A stretch of DNA of 64,000 bases. It comes from an uncultured virus (IMG/VR IMGVR_UViG_3300046002_006897) (taxonomy: Duplodnaviria > Heunggongvirae > Uroviricota > Caudoviricetes). Below, one piece after another: positions 1 to 10,490 of this stretch. A program made the translations under genes and the position numbers. The stretch lies in IMG/VR virus record IMGVR_UViG_3300046002_006897; one strand, given 5' to 3'. The notes below the pieces were generated by a model. The model worked only from the letters and a program-made list of their open reading frames with translations, made no database searches and was not told the DNA's origin. Within the stretch, counting starts at the first letter, position 1, and the number at the start of each line of letters is the position of its first letter.

Positions 1-1445
1 TTGATAGTATTCTTGTACTTCCATCACATTCCGAATGTTATATTCATATCGACGACACGGGCACTTTGGCATATTCACTGTCCGAAGTTAATTATATAAC
101 AAATATTGTTCTTGGAAGAGTAATCACAAACGGTGCTGGTATAGAGATAATTGCACAATCTCGGTATGATGGCGAACATACTGCAAACAAGTTGTCGGAG
201 TTCAATAAAGTTGCTCTTGGTTCTGTATATTCAAATGGATCTATTGTAACAGATAGCGGTTCTTATAAGTTGAATGTAACTGCTGGTACATATTACTTCT
301 CAGAAAATCGCTTTGATCCGTCCGGTGGTAATGGTATAACATTTTCACAATACTTCAGAAGTGCGTCTGCTTGGGATAGAAGCACAACATCCACGGTAGT
401 TGGTAATGTATATGATTCTGGTTCAAGTGTGTTGGTTCCGTTGTCATCATCTGCATACACAAAGCATACATTATATGCAATTGGACAAGGCGTGGATGAA
501 AAATATATGATGGTAATTGGACAAGATCAATACACATCACTGCTTTTGGCAGAAAATGCGGGATTGCCAATACCGCCCACTTATTTTAAATATGCAATTG
601 TTCCTATTGCATCTGTATATGTACAATCCGGATCGGCGAATATTATTCAAGTGGAAGATATTCGCCCAGTAATTGGATTCAAAGCGGGTGGTGTAAATGC
701 TGCATCTGTTCATGGCAATTTGCTTGGACTGACTGCCGATAATCATAAGCAATATCTATTGGTCTCTGGTGTAAGAGCAATGGATGGAAACTTGAACATG
801 GGTGGTTATAATATCACCAACGCAAGTACAATAACTTCAACATTTACAGGTTCGTTGCTTGGAACATCAAGTTGGGCAGAAAAAGCAATAACATCTTCTT
901 ATACAACAAATGCCGAATCTGCGCAGACATCAATTAGTGCATCTTATGCAACAACCGCATCATTTGTTGTAAGCGGTTCTTTTGCTACAACTGCATCATA
1001 TGCATCAAGTACGGCAAACACCGGGCGTGAGATTGCAAGTTATATACCATTTATATCAACCGCTGGACAAACAGTGACATTGACAAGATTGGTCGCTGCC
1101 GTAACAGAAATTGGAACAGAACTTCGTATAAAAACAGATTTGACATATGTATCTTCATGCAGTCTAAGTCTGAGAGTTGAACGGGCATCTATTTTGACCG
1201 GACCGCAAATAAGAGTGCAATATTCAACAGATGAAGTTACATGGAACTATTTGACTTCCAATGTTACAAATTATCCGACGGTTGCTCTGAACGCAGCAGG
1301 TTCGGCATATACAGGCAAAGAAGCCATCGTGTCGGGTGCTAAAGGTATTGTAACACTGAGACTTATTACAGTTGGCGGAGATGCTACTAATAATAGCACC
1401 GCGAGAGTAGGAAACGCAACTCTTGGCACTATATATACATTGTAA
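1..1445 (+). CDS. virion structural / tail-fibre-associated protein, 5'-truncated
   Basis: Frame is open from base 3 (DSILVLPSHSEC...) into the listed 66..1445 ORF; Ser/Thr-rich with TASYA-type motifs shared with neighbouring fibre genes. Confidence 0.6.
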   Translation, partial: DSILVLPSHSECYIHIDDTGTLAYSLSEVNYITNIVLGRVITNGAGIEIIAQSRYDGEHTANKLSEFNKVALGSVYSNGSIVTDSGSYKLNVTAGTYYFSENRFDPSGGNGITFSQYFRSASAWDRSTTSTVVGNVYDSGSSVLVPLSSSAYTKHTLYAIGQGVDEKYMMVIGQDQYTSLLLAENAGLPIPPTYFKYAIVPIASVYVQSGSANIIQVEDIRPVIGFKAGGVNAASVHGNLLGLTADNHKQYLLVSGVRAMDGNLNMGGYNITNASTITSTFTGSLLGTSSWAEKAITSSYTTNAESAQTSISASYATTASFVVSGSFATTASYASSTANTGREIASYIPFISTAGQTVTLTRLVAAVTEIGTELRIKTDLTYVSSCSLSLRVERASILTGPQIRVQYSTDEVTWNYLTSNVTNYPTVALNAAGSAYTGKEAIVSGAKGIVTLRLITVGGDATNNSTARVGNATLGTIYTL

Positions 1446-1453
1446 AATAACAC

Positions 1454-4400
1454 ATGTCTAATTACACAGTATTTACAAATATAATAAGTGGAAGCGAGGC
1501 AGAGATAGCTTCGATCACAGGTTCATTGAGTGGAACTGCGTCATATTCAATTACTGCAAGTTATGCGTTGAGTTATAGTGGCACAAGCGGAACTTCGGGT
1601 ACCAATGGAACAAGCGGCACCAACGGGTCGTCCGGTACTTCCGGAACAAACGGGTCGAGTGGAACATCTGGTACGAATGGAACTTCGGGTACCAATGGGA
1701 CAAGTGGTACCAACGGTTCGAGTGGAACATCTGGTACGAATGGAACTTCCGGCACCAACGGAACGAGCGGCACCAATGGTTCAAGTGGCACGTCCGGCAC
1801 CAACGGTACGTCGGGTACAAACGGTTCGAGCGGCACAAGTGGCACAAACGGTACGTCGGGTACAAACGGTTCAAGTGGCACGTCCGGCACCAACGGTACG
1901 TCGGGTACAAACGGTTCGAGCGGCACGTCCGGCACCAACGGTACGTCGGGTACAAACGGTTCGAGCGGCACGTCCGGCACCAACGGAACGAGCGGCACCA
2001 ATGGTTCAAGTGGAACGTCGGGTACGAATGGAACAAGCGGAACCTCTGGCACAAACGGTTCAAGTGGCACGTCCGGCACAAACGGTTCAAGTGGCACGTC
2101 CGGCACAAACGGTTCAAGTGGCACGTCCGGCACAAACGGTTCAAGTGGCACGTCCGGCACAAACGGTTCAAGTGGCACGTCCGGCACCAACGGAACGAGC
2201 GGCACCAATGGTTCAAGTGGAACGTCGGGTACGAATGGAACAAGTGGAACCTCTGGCACAAACGGTTCAAGTGGAACATCTGGCACAAACGGTTCAAGTG
2301 GAACATCTGGTGCAGGATTTACAACAATCAATAGCCCAAGCATAGGACGAGTAATATTGTCTGACGGCTCGGTTAATGCTGCCACCGCATCAGCAAATTT
2401 GATTTATTCAGATAATGTATTTACAATCACGGGAAGTATTTTGGCTAATGGTGGTGTCACAGCATCTTTGTTTGGTACGAGCAGTTATGCTATTCAAGCA
2501 TTAAGTTCTTCATATGCTACAACAGCATCACTTGCATTTGATACAAATATAAGAATAACAGACACGCTATTTGTTGATCCAGTAAATGGTAATGACTCAA
2601 CGGCCAAATCGGGAAGTTTACAGTATACATACAGATCTATTGCTGCCGCTGAAAGTGCTGGTGCAGTGAGTCAATCTATATATCTTTTAAATGGTGTAGC
2701 AACAGCCTCGGGATTGATTAAGTCGTTGAACTATTATCTATCAGAAGGATCAACATTAAAACTAAATCCTTCTAGTGCAGTTCCATTGTTTTATCTTACT
2801 GGCTCAAGTGCCAGTACACTAATTCAAATAAAAGTATCTGGTCCCGGTACGATTGACGCAACAATTAACTACGCTCCGGCAAGTTCAAGAGCAACTTTGA
2901 TAGGAATGTATTCCAACGGAGTCAACGGATCAACTATTTCTGGCGGATCTTATATCAATATTGATGTATATAAGATTATTGCCGGTATGGACAGTACTAA
3001 TTACAACAGTAGTGCATGTGCAATAGATATTGAAGGATCAAACTATAGCATAGGAGCAACAATCAATGCCCATACTTTTGTTTTGAATAAAGGCTTGACT
3101 GGAGTTTCATACCTAGGTGCTCCGCTCGTGAAAGGAATTGGTTTTGCAAATTATTGCAATGTCAATATAGAACAGGCGTTTTTCAGTTCAAATGGTATAG
3201 TTAAAAGTACTGTGTCAAGTGGTGGAAGAACGGTAATAAACATAAGCCAACTTGTAGATTCTGACATGTTTACTATGATTGTTGCTGATCCTGCTGGTGC
3301 CAATATATCGTTGTCCATAGAAAATGCAATAAATTCAAGCGTTGTTACACCAATTATTGCAAAAAATGGTGGTGGAAATATATACTTAAAACTTCCTAGA
3401 GATTATAGCATCGTTCAGACAAATAACAATCAACCATATGGAATGTGGCTTGATATAAATGGAACAGTTGCGCTGGAAGGTATGTTTAACTTCGATACAG
3501 TTTCTCAATACGATTCAAGTCCCGTGTTAATAACGGGAAGCAATGCGTCCAATGTCATTTTTAGAAATTCGTACATTGGGAGGCTTATTTCAACTGGATC
3601 AAGTCCTGTAATATATTTCGGTTCAGGAACAAGCAACAAAACTCTTACACTTCAAGATTGCCATATCTATTCCACAGGAAGTACATATTCAATCGACGCG
3701 GCCCAATCACAAAATGTAACATTGATGGGCGGCAGAACAACCAGCACATATCAATTTGGTCCAAATATAAACGTTGTTGATGCAGCATATACACATGGAT
3801 CATCTTCATATGCACTAACTGCAAGTTATGCTTTGAATGGTGGTGGTGGTAGCGGTACCAATGGCACAAGCGGAACGTCGGGTACCAATGGCACAAGCGG
3901 AACGAATGGCACAAGCGGAACGAATGGCACCAACGGTTCGAGTGGAACGTCTGGTACGAATGGGTCGTCGGGAACGTCTGGCACAAATGGAACAAGCGGT
4001 ACCAACGGTTCGAGTGGAACGTCTGGTACCAATGGCACGAGCGGCACCAATGGGTCGTCGGGAACGTCTGGCACAAATGGAACAAGCGGTACCAACGGTT
4101 CGAGTGGAACGTCTGGTACGAATGGAACTTCTGGTACCAATGGGTCAAGTGGTACAAGCGGTACCAACGGTTCGAGTGGAACGTCTGGTACCAATGGCAC
4201 GAGCGGCACCAATGGGTCGTCGGGAACGTCTGGCACAAATGGAACAAGCGGTACCAACGGTTCGAGTGGAACGTCTGGGACAAACGGGTCGTCCGGAACC
4301 TCGGGTACCAACGGAACAAGCGGCACGAATGGTTCGTCCGGTACATCTGGAACAAACGGGTCAAGTGGAACATCTGGTACCAATGGGTCAAGTGGTACAA

Positions 4401-5002
4401 GCGGTACCAACGGTTCGAGTGGAACGTCCGGTACCAATGGCACGAGCGGCACCAATGGGTCGTCGGGAACGTCTGGCACAAACGGAACAAGCGGTACCAA
4501 CGGTTCGAGTGGAACTTCTGGTTCAAGTGGCACAAACGGTTCATCCGGAACTTCCGGGACAAACGGTTCGAGTGGAACGTCTGGTACCAATGGCACGAGC
4601 GGCACCAATGGGTCGTCGGGAACGTCCGGCACAAACGGAACAAGTGGAACGAATGGCACAAGCGGCACGAACGGCTCATCGGGAACTTCTGGTTCAAGTG
4701 GCACAAACGGTTCATCCGGAACTTCCGGGACAAACGGGTCAAGTGGAACATCCGGGACAATTCCTGCCGGAACAGTTTCAAGCAGTGCTCAATTAAGTAA
4801 TGGTGGTGGCACAGCGTTCGACAGTTCAAACGATGTCACATTTGGAAGCGTAACTGCTTCTCTTGGTCTTCTTGGTACATCTTCATATTCTATTACTGCT
4901 TCATATGCTTTGAATGGTGGTGGAGGCGGTGGAGGAACTACTGGTATAACATCTCAACAAGTTTTAGCACTATTTATAGCATATCCAAACAGAATGATTT
5001 GA
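1454..5002 (+). CDS. tail fibre-like protein with two long Gly-every-third-residue (SGT/NGT/NGS) repeat tracts flanking a globular, probably beta-rich domain
   Basis: 1182 aa ORF; repeats at about aa 42-286 and 800-1100; SSY.xTASYALNGGGG motif occurs twice; in structural gene block. Confidence 0.7.
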   Translation: MSNYTVFTNIISGSEAEIASITGSLSGTASYSITASYALSYSGTSGTSGTNGTSGTNGSSGTSGTNGSSGTSGTNGTSGTNGTSGTNGSSGTSGTNGTSGTNGTSGTNGSSGTSGTNGTSGTNGSSGTSGTNGTSGTNGSSGTSGTNGTSGTNGSSGTSGTNGTSGTNGSSGTSGTNGTSGTNGSSGTSGTNGTSGTSGTNGSSGTSGTNGSSGTSGTNGSSGTSGTNGSSGTSGTNGSSGTSGTNGTSGTNGSSGTSGTNGTSGTSGTNGSSGTSGTNGSSGTSGAGFTTINSPSIGRVILSDGSVNAATASANLIYSDNVFTITGSILANGGVTASLFGTSSYAIQALSSSYATTASLAFDTNIRITDTLFVDPVNGNDSTAKSGSLQYTYRSIAAAESAGAVSQSIYLLNGVATASGLIKSLNYYLSEGSTLKLNPSSAVPLFYLTGSSASTLIQIKVSGPGTIDATINYAPASSRATLIGMYSNGVNGSTISGGSYINIDVYKIIAGMDSTNYNSSACAIDIEGSNYSIGATINAHTFVLNKGLTGVSYLGAPLVKGIGFANYCNVNIEQAFFSSNGIVKSTVSSGGRTVINISQLVDSDMFTMIVADPAGANISLSIENAINSSVVTPIIAKNGGGNIYLKLPRDYSIVQTNNNQPYGMWLDINGTVALEGMFNFDTVSQYDSSPVLITGSNASNVIFRNSYIGRLISTGSSPVIYFGSGTSNKTLTLQDCHIYSTGSTYSIDAAQSQNVTLMGGRTTSTYQFGPNINVVDAAYTHGSSSYALTASYALNGGGGSGTNGTSGTSGTNGTSGTNGTSGTNGTNGSSGTSGTNGSSGTSGTNGTSGTNGSSGTSGTNGTSGTNGSSGTSGTNGTSGTNGSSGTSGTNGTSGTNGSSGTSGTNGSSGTSGTNGTSGTNGSSGTSGTNGTSGTNGSSGTSGTNGSSGTSGTNGTSGTNGSSGTSGTNGSSGTSGTNGSSGTSGTNGSSGTSGTNGTSGTNGSSGTSGTNGTSGTNGSSGTSGSSGTNGSSGTSGTNGSSGTSGTNGTSGTNGSSGTSGTNGTSGTNGTSGTNGSSGTSGSSGTNGSSGTSGTNGSSGTSGTIPAGTVSSSAQLSNGGGTAFDSSNDVTFGSVTASLGLLGTSSYSITASYALNGGGGGGGTTGITSQQVLALFIAYPNRMI
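1578..2311 (+). repeat. coding tandem repeat (9-bp triplet units) encoding SGTSGTNGS/T; includes five exact 27-bp copies at 2048-2182
   Basis: ggcacaaacggttcaagtggcacgtcc x5 read directly; surrounding units are synonymous variants. Confidence 0.95.
3851..4757 (+). repeat. second coding SGTSGTNG repeat tract
   Basis: Direct reading of DNA and translation. Confidence 0.95.
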
Positions 5003-5038
5003 TATATATATAAACAACGACACAACTTATAAAATATT

Positions 5039-5488
5039 ATGGCACAAAATACATCACCAATATTCGGACTGACGCCAAGAATAGGCACAGGAAATATAAC
5101 ACAAACTGCCACTTCCCCAAGAAGTGATGGCGTTGGTACAGTTGGAACAAATTTATTTCTTAGTTTCACTGCTGGTCCTTCTGGCAGCTTTGTTCAAAAA
5201 GTAAGATTCTTTTCTGTTGCCACTGCACCAACAACAGGCATTGCAACAGTGTTGAGAACATTTTATAGCACAGTTGGAACTGGCACTCTAGTTGCCGCAG
5301 ATGCCGCACTTCTTGGAGAAATTTCCGTGGGTGCGCTCGCAGCTGCCAATGCTACAAACGCCACAAACTTTTATGAACTTCCGCTAAATTTTGCAATGCC
5401 AGCAAACACATACATTCTTGTGTCTCAACATGCTGCGCAAACAGCCAATCAAAATTGGAAAGCATTTGTGATAGCCAGCGATTACTAA
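5039..5488 (+). CDS. hypothetical virion protein (fibre-associated)
   Basis: 149 aa ORF in structural block, beta-rich composition. Confidence 0.55.
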   Translation: MAQNTSPIFGLTPRIGTGNITQTATSPRSDGVGTVGTNLFLSFTAGPSGSFVQKVRFFSVATAPTTGIATVLRTFYSTVGTGTLVAADAALLGEISVGALAAANATNATNFYELPLNFAMPANTYILVSQHAAQTANQNWKAFVIASDY

Positions 5489-5506
5489 AAAAATATATAA
5501 ATAGTT

Positions 5507-6469
5507 ATGAATTTTCCTGCTACACAACTAGATGTATTTGGCATTCCCTCAAATTTCAAAGGGGATGTTCAGATATTTCATGCCAACAATCAATCCACCA
5601 TAAATCATCAACCGTGGATAAAACCGCGTGGTACAACCATGTCATATATGATTGCTATTTCCGGTGGTGGCGGAGGTGGCGGCGGGCATACCAAAGCATC
5701 TGGTACGAACGGAGGTGGAGGAGGCGGTGGTGCATGTTCTGGGATAGCAAGATTGATGGTTCCGAGTTTTTTATTACCAGATACATTATATGTACAAGTT
5801 GGGCAAGGTGGGTTGGGCGGTGCCGCCGGTGCCGCCGGTTCTGCGGGCACCAATTCTTATATATTGTTTTCTCCTCTTGCGTTTCTTGCTCAAAATAGTT
5901 TACTGTCTTCCAACACCAATGCGCCCGGTGGCGGTGGTGCTGGTACACTAACGCTGGTTGGTACTGTTGGCAGTATTCCAACGATTGCAGGAACTTCAGT
6001 TGAAGGTTCAATTGGAATTTTTGCGTCTACGGTTGGATTGATTGGAGTTACTGGAGGCGCGGTTGCCGGTGGAAACGGAACTTCGGTTACTGCTTGGGCC
6101 GCTCTGCCCATGAGTCCCGGTGCAGGTGGTGGTGGTGGACCGAATGATTCTGGTACTAGTAACGGTGGAAATATCACCGCGACATCTGCAATAAATTTTA
6201 CAAATTTGAATTTCCCGATTACGGCTGGAGCACTTGCACTTGGTGGTACTGCCGGATCAACGTCGGCAAATATAGGAAGTGCCGGTGTTTCTTTGTTGAA
6301 TCCATTTTATCAAACTGGAGGTGCCGGTGGAGGAACTGGTACAACATCCACAGGAGGTGACGGTGGTAGAGGAGGTATAGGATGTGGAGGCGGTGGTGGT
6401 GGAGCAGGACTCGTTGGAGGACGTGGCGGAAATGGTGGCAATGGACTTGTTGCTATATTCTCATGGTAA
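5507..6469 (+). CDS. glycine-rich adhesin-like protein (paralog A1)
   Basis: W.KP motif followed by poly-Gly blocks; C-terminal LVAIFSW; resembles polyglycine-sandwich receptor-binding proteins. Confidence 0.6.
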   Translation: MNFPATQLDVFGIPSNFKGDVQIFHANNQSTINHQPWIKPRGTTMSYMIAISGGGGGGGGHTKASGTNGGGGGGGACSGIARLMVPSFLLPDTLYVQVGQGGLGGAAGAAGSAGTNSYILFSPLAFLAQNSLLSSNTNAPGGGGAGTLTLVGTVGSIPTIAGTSVEGSIGIFASTVGLIGVTGGAVAGGNGTSVTAWAALPMSPGAGGGGGPNDSGTSNGGNITATSAINFTNLNFPITAGALALGGTAGSTSANIGSAGVSLLNPFYQTGGAGGGTGTTSTGGDGGRGGIGCGGGGGGAGLVGGRGGNGGNGLVAIFSW

Positions 6470-6472
6470 AAT

Positions 6473-7432
6473 ATGATACATTATCCATCAACTCCCAGTG
6501 ATCTCAATGATCTACCGTATCCAAGTAATTGCGATGTTCAATTATTTGTTGGTGGAATAGGAACTGGTGGCAGTAATGACAATTGGAAAATTTGGAACAA
6601 GCCAAAATATTCTAGTATGGTCAGCATACTTGCTATAGGTGGTGGCAGTGGTGGCGGTGGTGGATTTCAGCGGACAGCTGGCGGAGACGGAGGCGGCGGA
6701 GGCAGCGGTGGCAGCGGTGGCTTGGCCAGATTGACAATACCATCATTTTTTCTGCCAGATATTTTGTATATATTGGCCGGTGATGGAGGTCAAGGCGGTG
6801 CCGCGAGCACCGCTGGTATAGCTGGTGGTATATCATATGTTTCATTTTCTTCAATATTGGAAACTCAAAATGTATTGATTCGATCAAATGCTGTCGCTGC
6901 CGGTGGTGGCGGCGGTGCTGCTGCAACAGGAACGGCAGCGTTTGGTGTAGCTGGTACCATATCCACTATTACCGTTGGCGCTGCTTTTGGCATTTTCTCT
7001 GGAAGTGCAGGTCAAAATGGTCAACTTGGAACAAATGGCACCGGCAATACTACCGGTAACTCATTGAGTGTTTGGGGATCTGTGCCAATATCCGGCGGTG
7101 CGGGCGGCGCATCTTCGACCGGAGGTACGGCAGCGGGCGGAGCATTAACCGCAGCCGGTATAGCAACGAGTTTTACATATTTGAACTGGCCAACAACAGC
7201 AGGTGCGGTTGCTGCGGGTGGAGCGGCCACAGGCGGTCGCGGAAGTGCCGGTGTGAATGTATGGAAGCCGTTTCGCAGTTCTGGTGGGGCTGGGGGCGGT
7301 ACAAACGACACTACAGGCGGAGATGGTAATAGTGGAGGCATAGGTTCTGGCGGTGGTGGCGGCGGCGCTGGTGTAACTGCTGGCAGAGGAGGCAACGGTG
7401 GGCCGGGAATGGTAATGATCATGTCATGGTAA
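6473..7432 (+). CDS. glycine-rich adhesin-like protein (paralog A2)
   Basis: Colinear with 5507..6469 (DVQ.F, W.KP, ARL..PSF.LPD.LY, C-terminal SW). Confidence 0.6.
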   Translation: MIHYPSTPSDLNDLPYPSNCDVQLFVGGIGTGGSNDNWKIWNKPKYSSMVSILAIGGGSGGGGGFQRTAGGDGGGGGSGGSGGLARLTIPSFFLPDILYILAGDGGQGGAASTAGIAGGISYVSFSSILETQNVLIRSNAVAAGGGGGAAATGTAAFGVAGTISTITVGAAFGIFSGSAGQNGQLGTNGTGNTTGNSLSVWGSVPISGGAGGASSTGGTAAGGALTAAGIATSFTYLNWPTTAGAVAAGGAATGGRGSAGVNVWKPFRSSGGAGGGTNDTTGGDGNSGGIGSGGGGGGAGVTAGRGGNGGPGMVMIMSW

Positions 7433-7459
7433 TGCATTCATCTAAAATATAAAAAGAAT

Positions 7460-7702
7460 ATGAAAATACAAATACAATCTTTAACATACAGAGCGGGAAT
7501 TGGAAATTATCTTGAAGTAATTTCTGTTTATGGAAATCCGGCGATAAATATAAAATGGCAAATTTTGACAGATATTGGACACGTTCTTGAATCGGGGGAC
7601 ATTCAAATGTCATTAGATCAATGGGAAAATTGGCCAAGCGGACCAGACAATAATTATATAGAAAATATTGCTGCTGGATATTTGGGCGTGGCTCTATTAT
7701 AA
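7460..7702 (+). CDS. small hypothetical protein (possible fibre chaperone)
   Basis: 80 aa ORF between fibre genes. Confidence 0.5.
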   Translation: MKIQIQSLTYRAGIGNYLEVISVYGNPAINIKWQILTDIGHVLESGDIQMSLDQWENWPSGPDNNYIENIAAGYLGVALL

Positions 7703-7758
7703 TAAACAATATGCGCGTTCTTTGTCGATAGTTATAATAATTATATACATATAAATTT

Positions 7759-9735
7759 ATGTCAAATACACTTCCAACAAAAATGTCGCAGTTCGAAAAT
7801 ACAAATTCTCTAGGTTTGGGGAGTTTTCTCGTTGGGTTGGGATTAAATGGAAGCGGACAGACAATCAATGTAAAAATATCCGAGACTTCTGCTTCATATC
7901 ATCTAGGAAAAAATAGATGGATTTTTCCGGCAGTAACAAGTTCATCTGATCCTCGTGGGGACAATGGAGCAGAATCGTTTGACTCGGTTGGAAATTATTG
8001 GATAAAATCCGGAAGCACGTGGATTGTAAATTCAACAACATCAACCAGTGCTAGTTACTCGGAAACTGCATCGGTGTCGAGCTATTCAATTTCTTCGAGT
8101 TATGCATCTTCCACAAAAAGTGCGAGCTATTCAACGACGGCGGCGAGTGCAAGCTACGCAATATCAGCCAGTTACACATCGACTACAACAAGTGCAAGTT
8201 ATTCTATATCATCAAGTTTTGCATTAACTACATCTAACGCAACAAGTGCAAGTTATTCTAGCACATCGAGTTATTCGTTAACTACAACAAGTGCAAGTTA
8301 TTCTGATGCATCAAAATCTTCTAGCTTTTCTGCAACTTCTACTTCCGCCAGTTATTCGATATCGGCAAGTTTTTCTACTACGAGCATATCATCTAGCAAC
8401 AGTGTAACTTCGAGTTTTTCATTGACGGTTACGTCGGCAAGTTTTTCTGGGCAAGCAAACACTTCAAGCTATGCACTAACATCTATAGCAAAAACTGGTT
8501 CTTTATATTCCAGATTAGTAAAGAACACCGCGTCAAGTTTAACCAATCCAGTTACTCAAACATCTTGGGTAAAAGCAGACACTTTTAATGTAAGAGATTA
8601 TGGTGCAATCGGAAATGGAACAACCGACGATACTTCTGCAATATTAGCGGCTGTCAGCGCGTCCGTAATGTCCGGCGGAGGAACAGTATATTTTCCAGAC
8701 GGAATATATTCTATTTCATCATCCGTCATTGTTCCTAGCAATCCACAATGCGACATCGCATTGGTTGGAAATGGCTCAAACGTCTCAATAATAAAACAAA
8801 ATGGTTCGGCCAACGGAATATATTTCAACATGGATAACGGCGGAACCGGCGACCAAATTTATCAAGTGTTAATAGATAAAATTGGATTGTGGGCAAATAC
8901 TACAACACAAACTGCCATCACAGTAACATATGGAACAACGAGTGTGTCAGCACATCAAAATACATCCGTTATTATCAATGATGTTCATATTCTTTCGGAC
9001 GGTTCAAATTATTGGTCAAATGGAATTGTATTAGAATCGGCATGGAATTTCCAAATTAATAAGGCAATGGTGGTAGGAAACGCCGCAGCTTATACAGGCA
9101 GCGCATTAGAAATTAAAAGAATGTGCGTCAATGGCACTATTCATCAATCTCAATTTAATTTCTGGGACACGGGCATTTATGTAAATACCGCAGATTATTC
9201 TTCTGCTGGGCAGAATACCGAAGGATTATTAATGAACCAATTATTCATGGTTCCAGTAAGACGAGGAATTTATGCAGCCGGTAATGGAGGATTTACTGCA
9301 ATTGCTGGATTGGATTGGGCAAATCGCCCGGTCGCAGGAAGAATTGCACTATTAACTTTAACCAATAGCCACATCGACTCAAGAAATTCCGGAACTCCAA
9401 TATCTTTAAACAATGTTGAAGGACATTATATCACAAATAATTTCTTAATTTGTGATGGGTCCGGAAGCTTGATTAGTTATAATAACGCATATGAAGGAAA
9501 TCTGATTGGTAATACTTTATACAATGCTGGGTCCGGCCCCTCTGTTTATGTTGGTGGGTTCACTGGGTCGGCCAACGTCATGACTGCCAATATTTTGCGC
9601 GGCGGTTCCACCCATTTTTATTTGGAATCCAGTTCTATGTATAATAAGGTTTATGGTAACACAGGAGCAAACTTTTTGACTCCAACGGTCGTAGATTTAG
9701 GCACGAGCAATTTGGTCGGAAGTTCTGGAACTTAA
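7759..9735 (+). CDS. tail spike / beta-helix (pectate lyase superfamily) depolymerase-like protein
   Basis: FNVRDYGAIGNGTTDDTSAI...GGGTVYFPDGIY motif typical of Pectate_lyase_3-like N-termini; preceded by Ser/Thr ASYS repeats. Confidence 0.75.
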   Translation: MSNTLPTKMSQFENTNSLGLGSFLVGLGLNGSGQTINVKISETSASYHLGKNRWIFPAVTSSSDPRGDNGAESFDSVGNYWIKSGSTWIVNSTTSTSASYSETASVSSYSISSSYASSTKSASYSTTAASASYAISASYTSTTTSASYSISSSFALTTSNATSASYSSTSSYSLTTTSASYSDASKSSSFSATSTSASYSISASFSTTSISSSNSVTSSFSLTVTSASFSGQANTSSYALTSIAKTGSLYSRLVKNTASSLTNPVTQTSWVKADTFNVRDYGAIGNGTTDDTSAILAAVSASVMSGGGTVYFPDGIYSISSSVIVPSNPQCDIALVGNGSNVSIIKQNGSANGIYFNMDNGGTGDQIYQVLIDKIGLWANTTTQTAITVTYGTTSVSAHQNTSVIINDVHILSDGSNYWSNGIVLESAWNFQINKAMVVGNAAAYTGSALEIKRMCVNGTIHQSQFNFWDTGIYVNTADYSSAGQNTEGLLMNQLFMVPVRRGIYAAGNGGFTAIAGLDWANRPVAGRIALLTLTNSHIDSRNSGTPISLNNVEGHYITNNFLICDGSGSLISYNNAYEGNLIGNTLYNAGSGPSVYVGGFTGSANVMTANILRGGSTHFYLESSSMYNKVYGNTGANFLTPTVVDLGTSNLVGSSGT

Positions 9736-9781
9736 TCCGAAAAATACAATCTTTGGGTTATATATATAGACATAGAAATCT

Positions 9782-10111
9782 ATGCCAACAACATATAAAA
9801 TTTTAGGAAGCGCAGCACCTAGTACAGCCGGTGCAACATTATATACAGTACCGACTACTGGAAACGCTGTGATATCTACAGTGTCGGTGGCAAATATAAC
9901 AACTGGTTCTAGAACTTTTAAGTTAATATTGAAACCTACCGCGGCAACAACTCTTGCTAATAATCATTATCTAGCAAATGATTCAATTGTTCCCGCAAAT
10001 GACACTATTGTACTCACTCTTGGAATAACAATGTCGGGAAGCAATGTGCTGATTGGGTCGGGTAGTACATCAGACATAGCATTTAATGTTTTTGGTTCGG
10101 AAATAACATAA
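9782..10111 (+). CDS. hypothetical virion protein
   Basis: 109 aa; LYTVP...FNVFGSEIT pattern common in phage fibre-associated proteins. Confidence 0.55.
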   Translation: MPTTYKILGSAAPSTAGATLYTVPTTGNAVISTVSVANITTGSRTFKLILKPTAATTLANNHYLANDSIVPANDTIVLTLGITMSGSNVLIGSGSTSDIAFNVFGSEIT

Positions 10112-10118
10112 TTTTATT

Positions 10119-10487
10119 ATGTCACACTTTGCAGAAGTAATAAATGGTAGAGTGGAACGAGTAATTGTTGCCGAACAAGATTTCATAGATAGTGGTGCAG
10201 TGGGCGACCCAGCAAATTGGATACAGACCTCGTATAATAGCAGAATAAGAAATATGTTTGCTCAACCCGGCTTTGTGTACGACAAAGAAAGAGACGTTTT
10301 TTATCCATCGCAACCATATCCATCTTGGTTATTACAACCTTCGTATCAAGAATATCTTGATGAAAATAACAATATAGTATTAGGACCAAAAAAACTTAAT
10401 TGGATAGCCCCAGTAAAATATCCGCCGGATTTTTATAAAAAAGTATATAATTGGAACGAAGATTTATTGAAATGGGAAGAATCTTAA
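10119..10487 (+). CDS. hypothetical phage protein (MSHFAE... WIQTSYN family, usually next to Gly-rich fibre genes)
   Basis: 122 aa; WIQTSYN and PYPSW motifs. Confidence 0.6.
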   Translation: MSHFAEVINGRVERVIVAEQDFIDSGAVGDPANWIQTSYNSRIRNMFAQPGFVYDKERDVFYPSQPYPSWLLQPSYQEYLDENNNIVLGPKKLNWIAPVKYPPDFYKKVYNWNEDLLKWEES

Positions 10488-10490
10488 AAA

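Noticed and set aside
1578..4757. Possible CRISPR array or DGR template in the repeats
   Set aside because: Units are contiguous in-frame coding triplets with synonymous variation and no unique spacers; no cas or reverse transcriptase gene in the window.
1551..4829. Long alternative-frame and antisense ORFs (VPLVP/EPFVP, MAQAER repeats)
   Set aside because: Shadows of the stop-free SGT/NGT repeat; no independent start signals or domain content.
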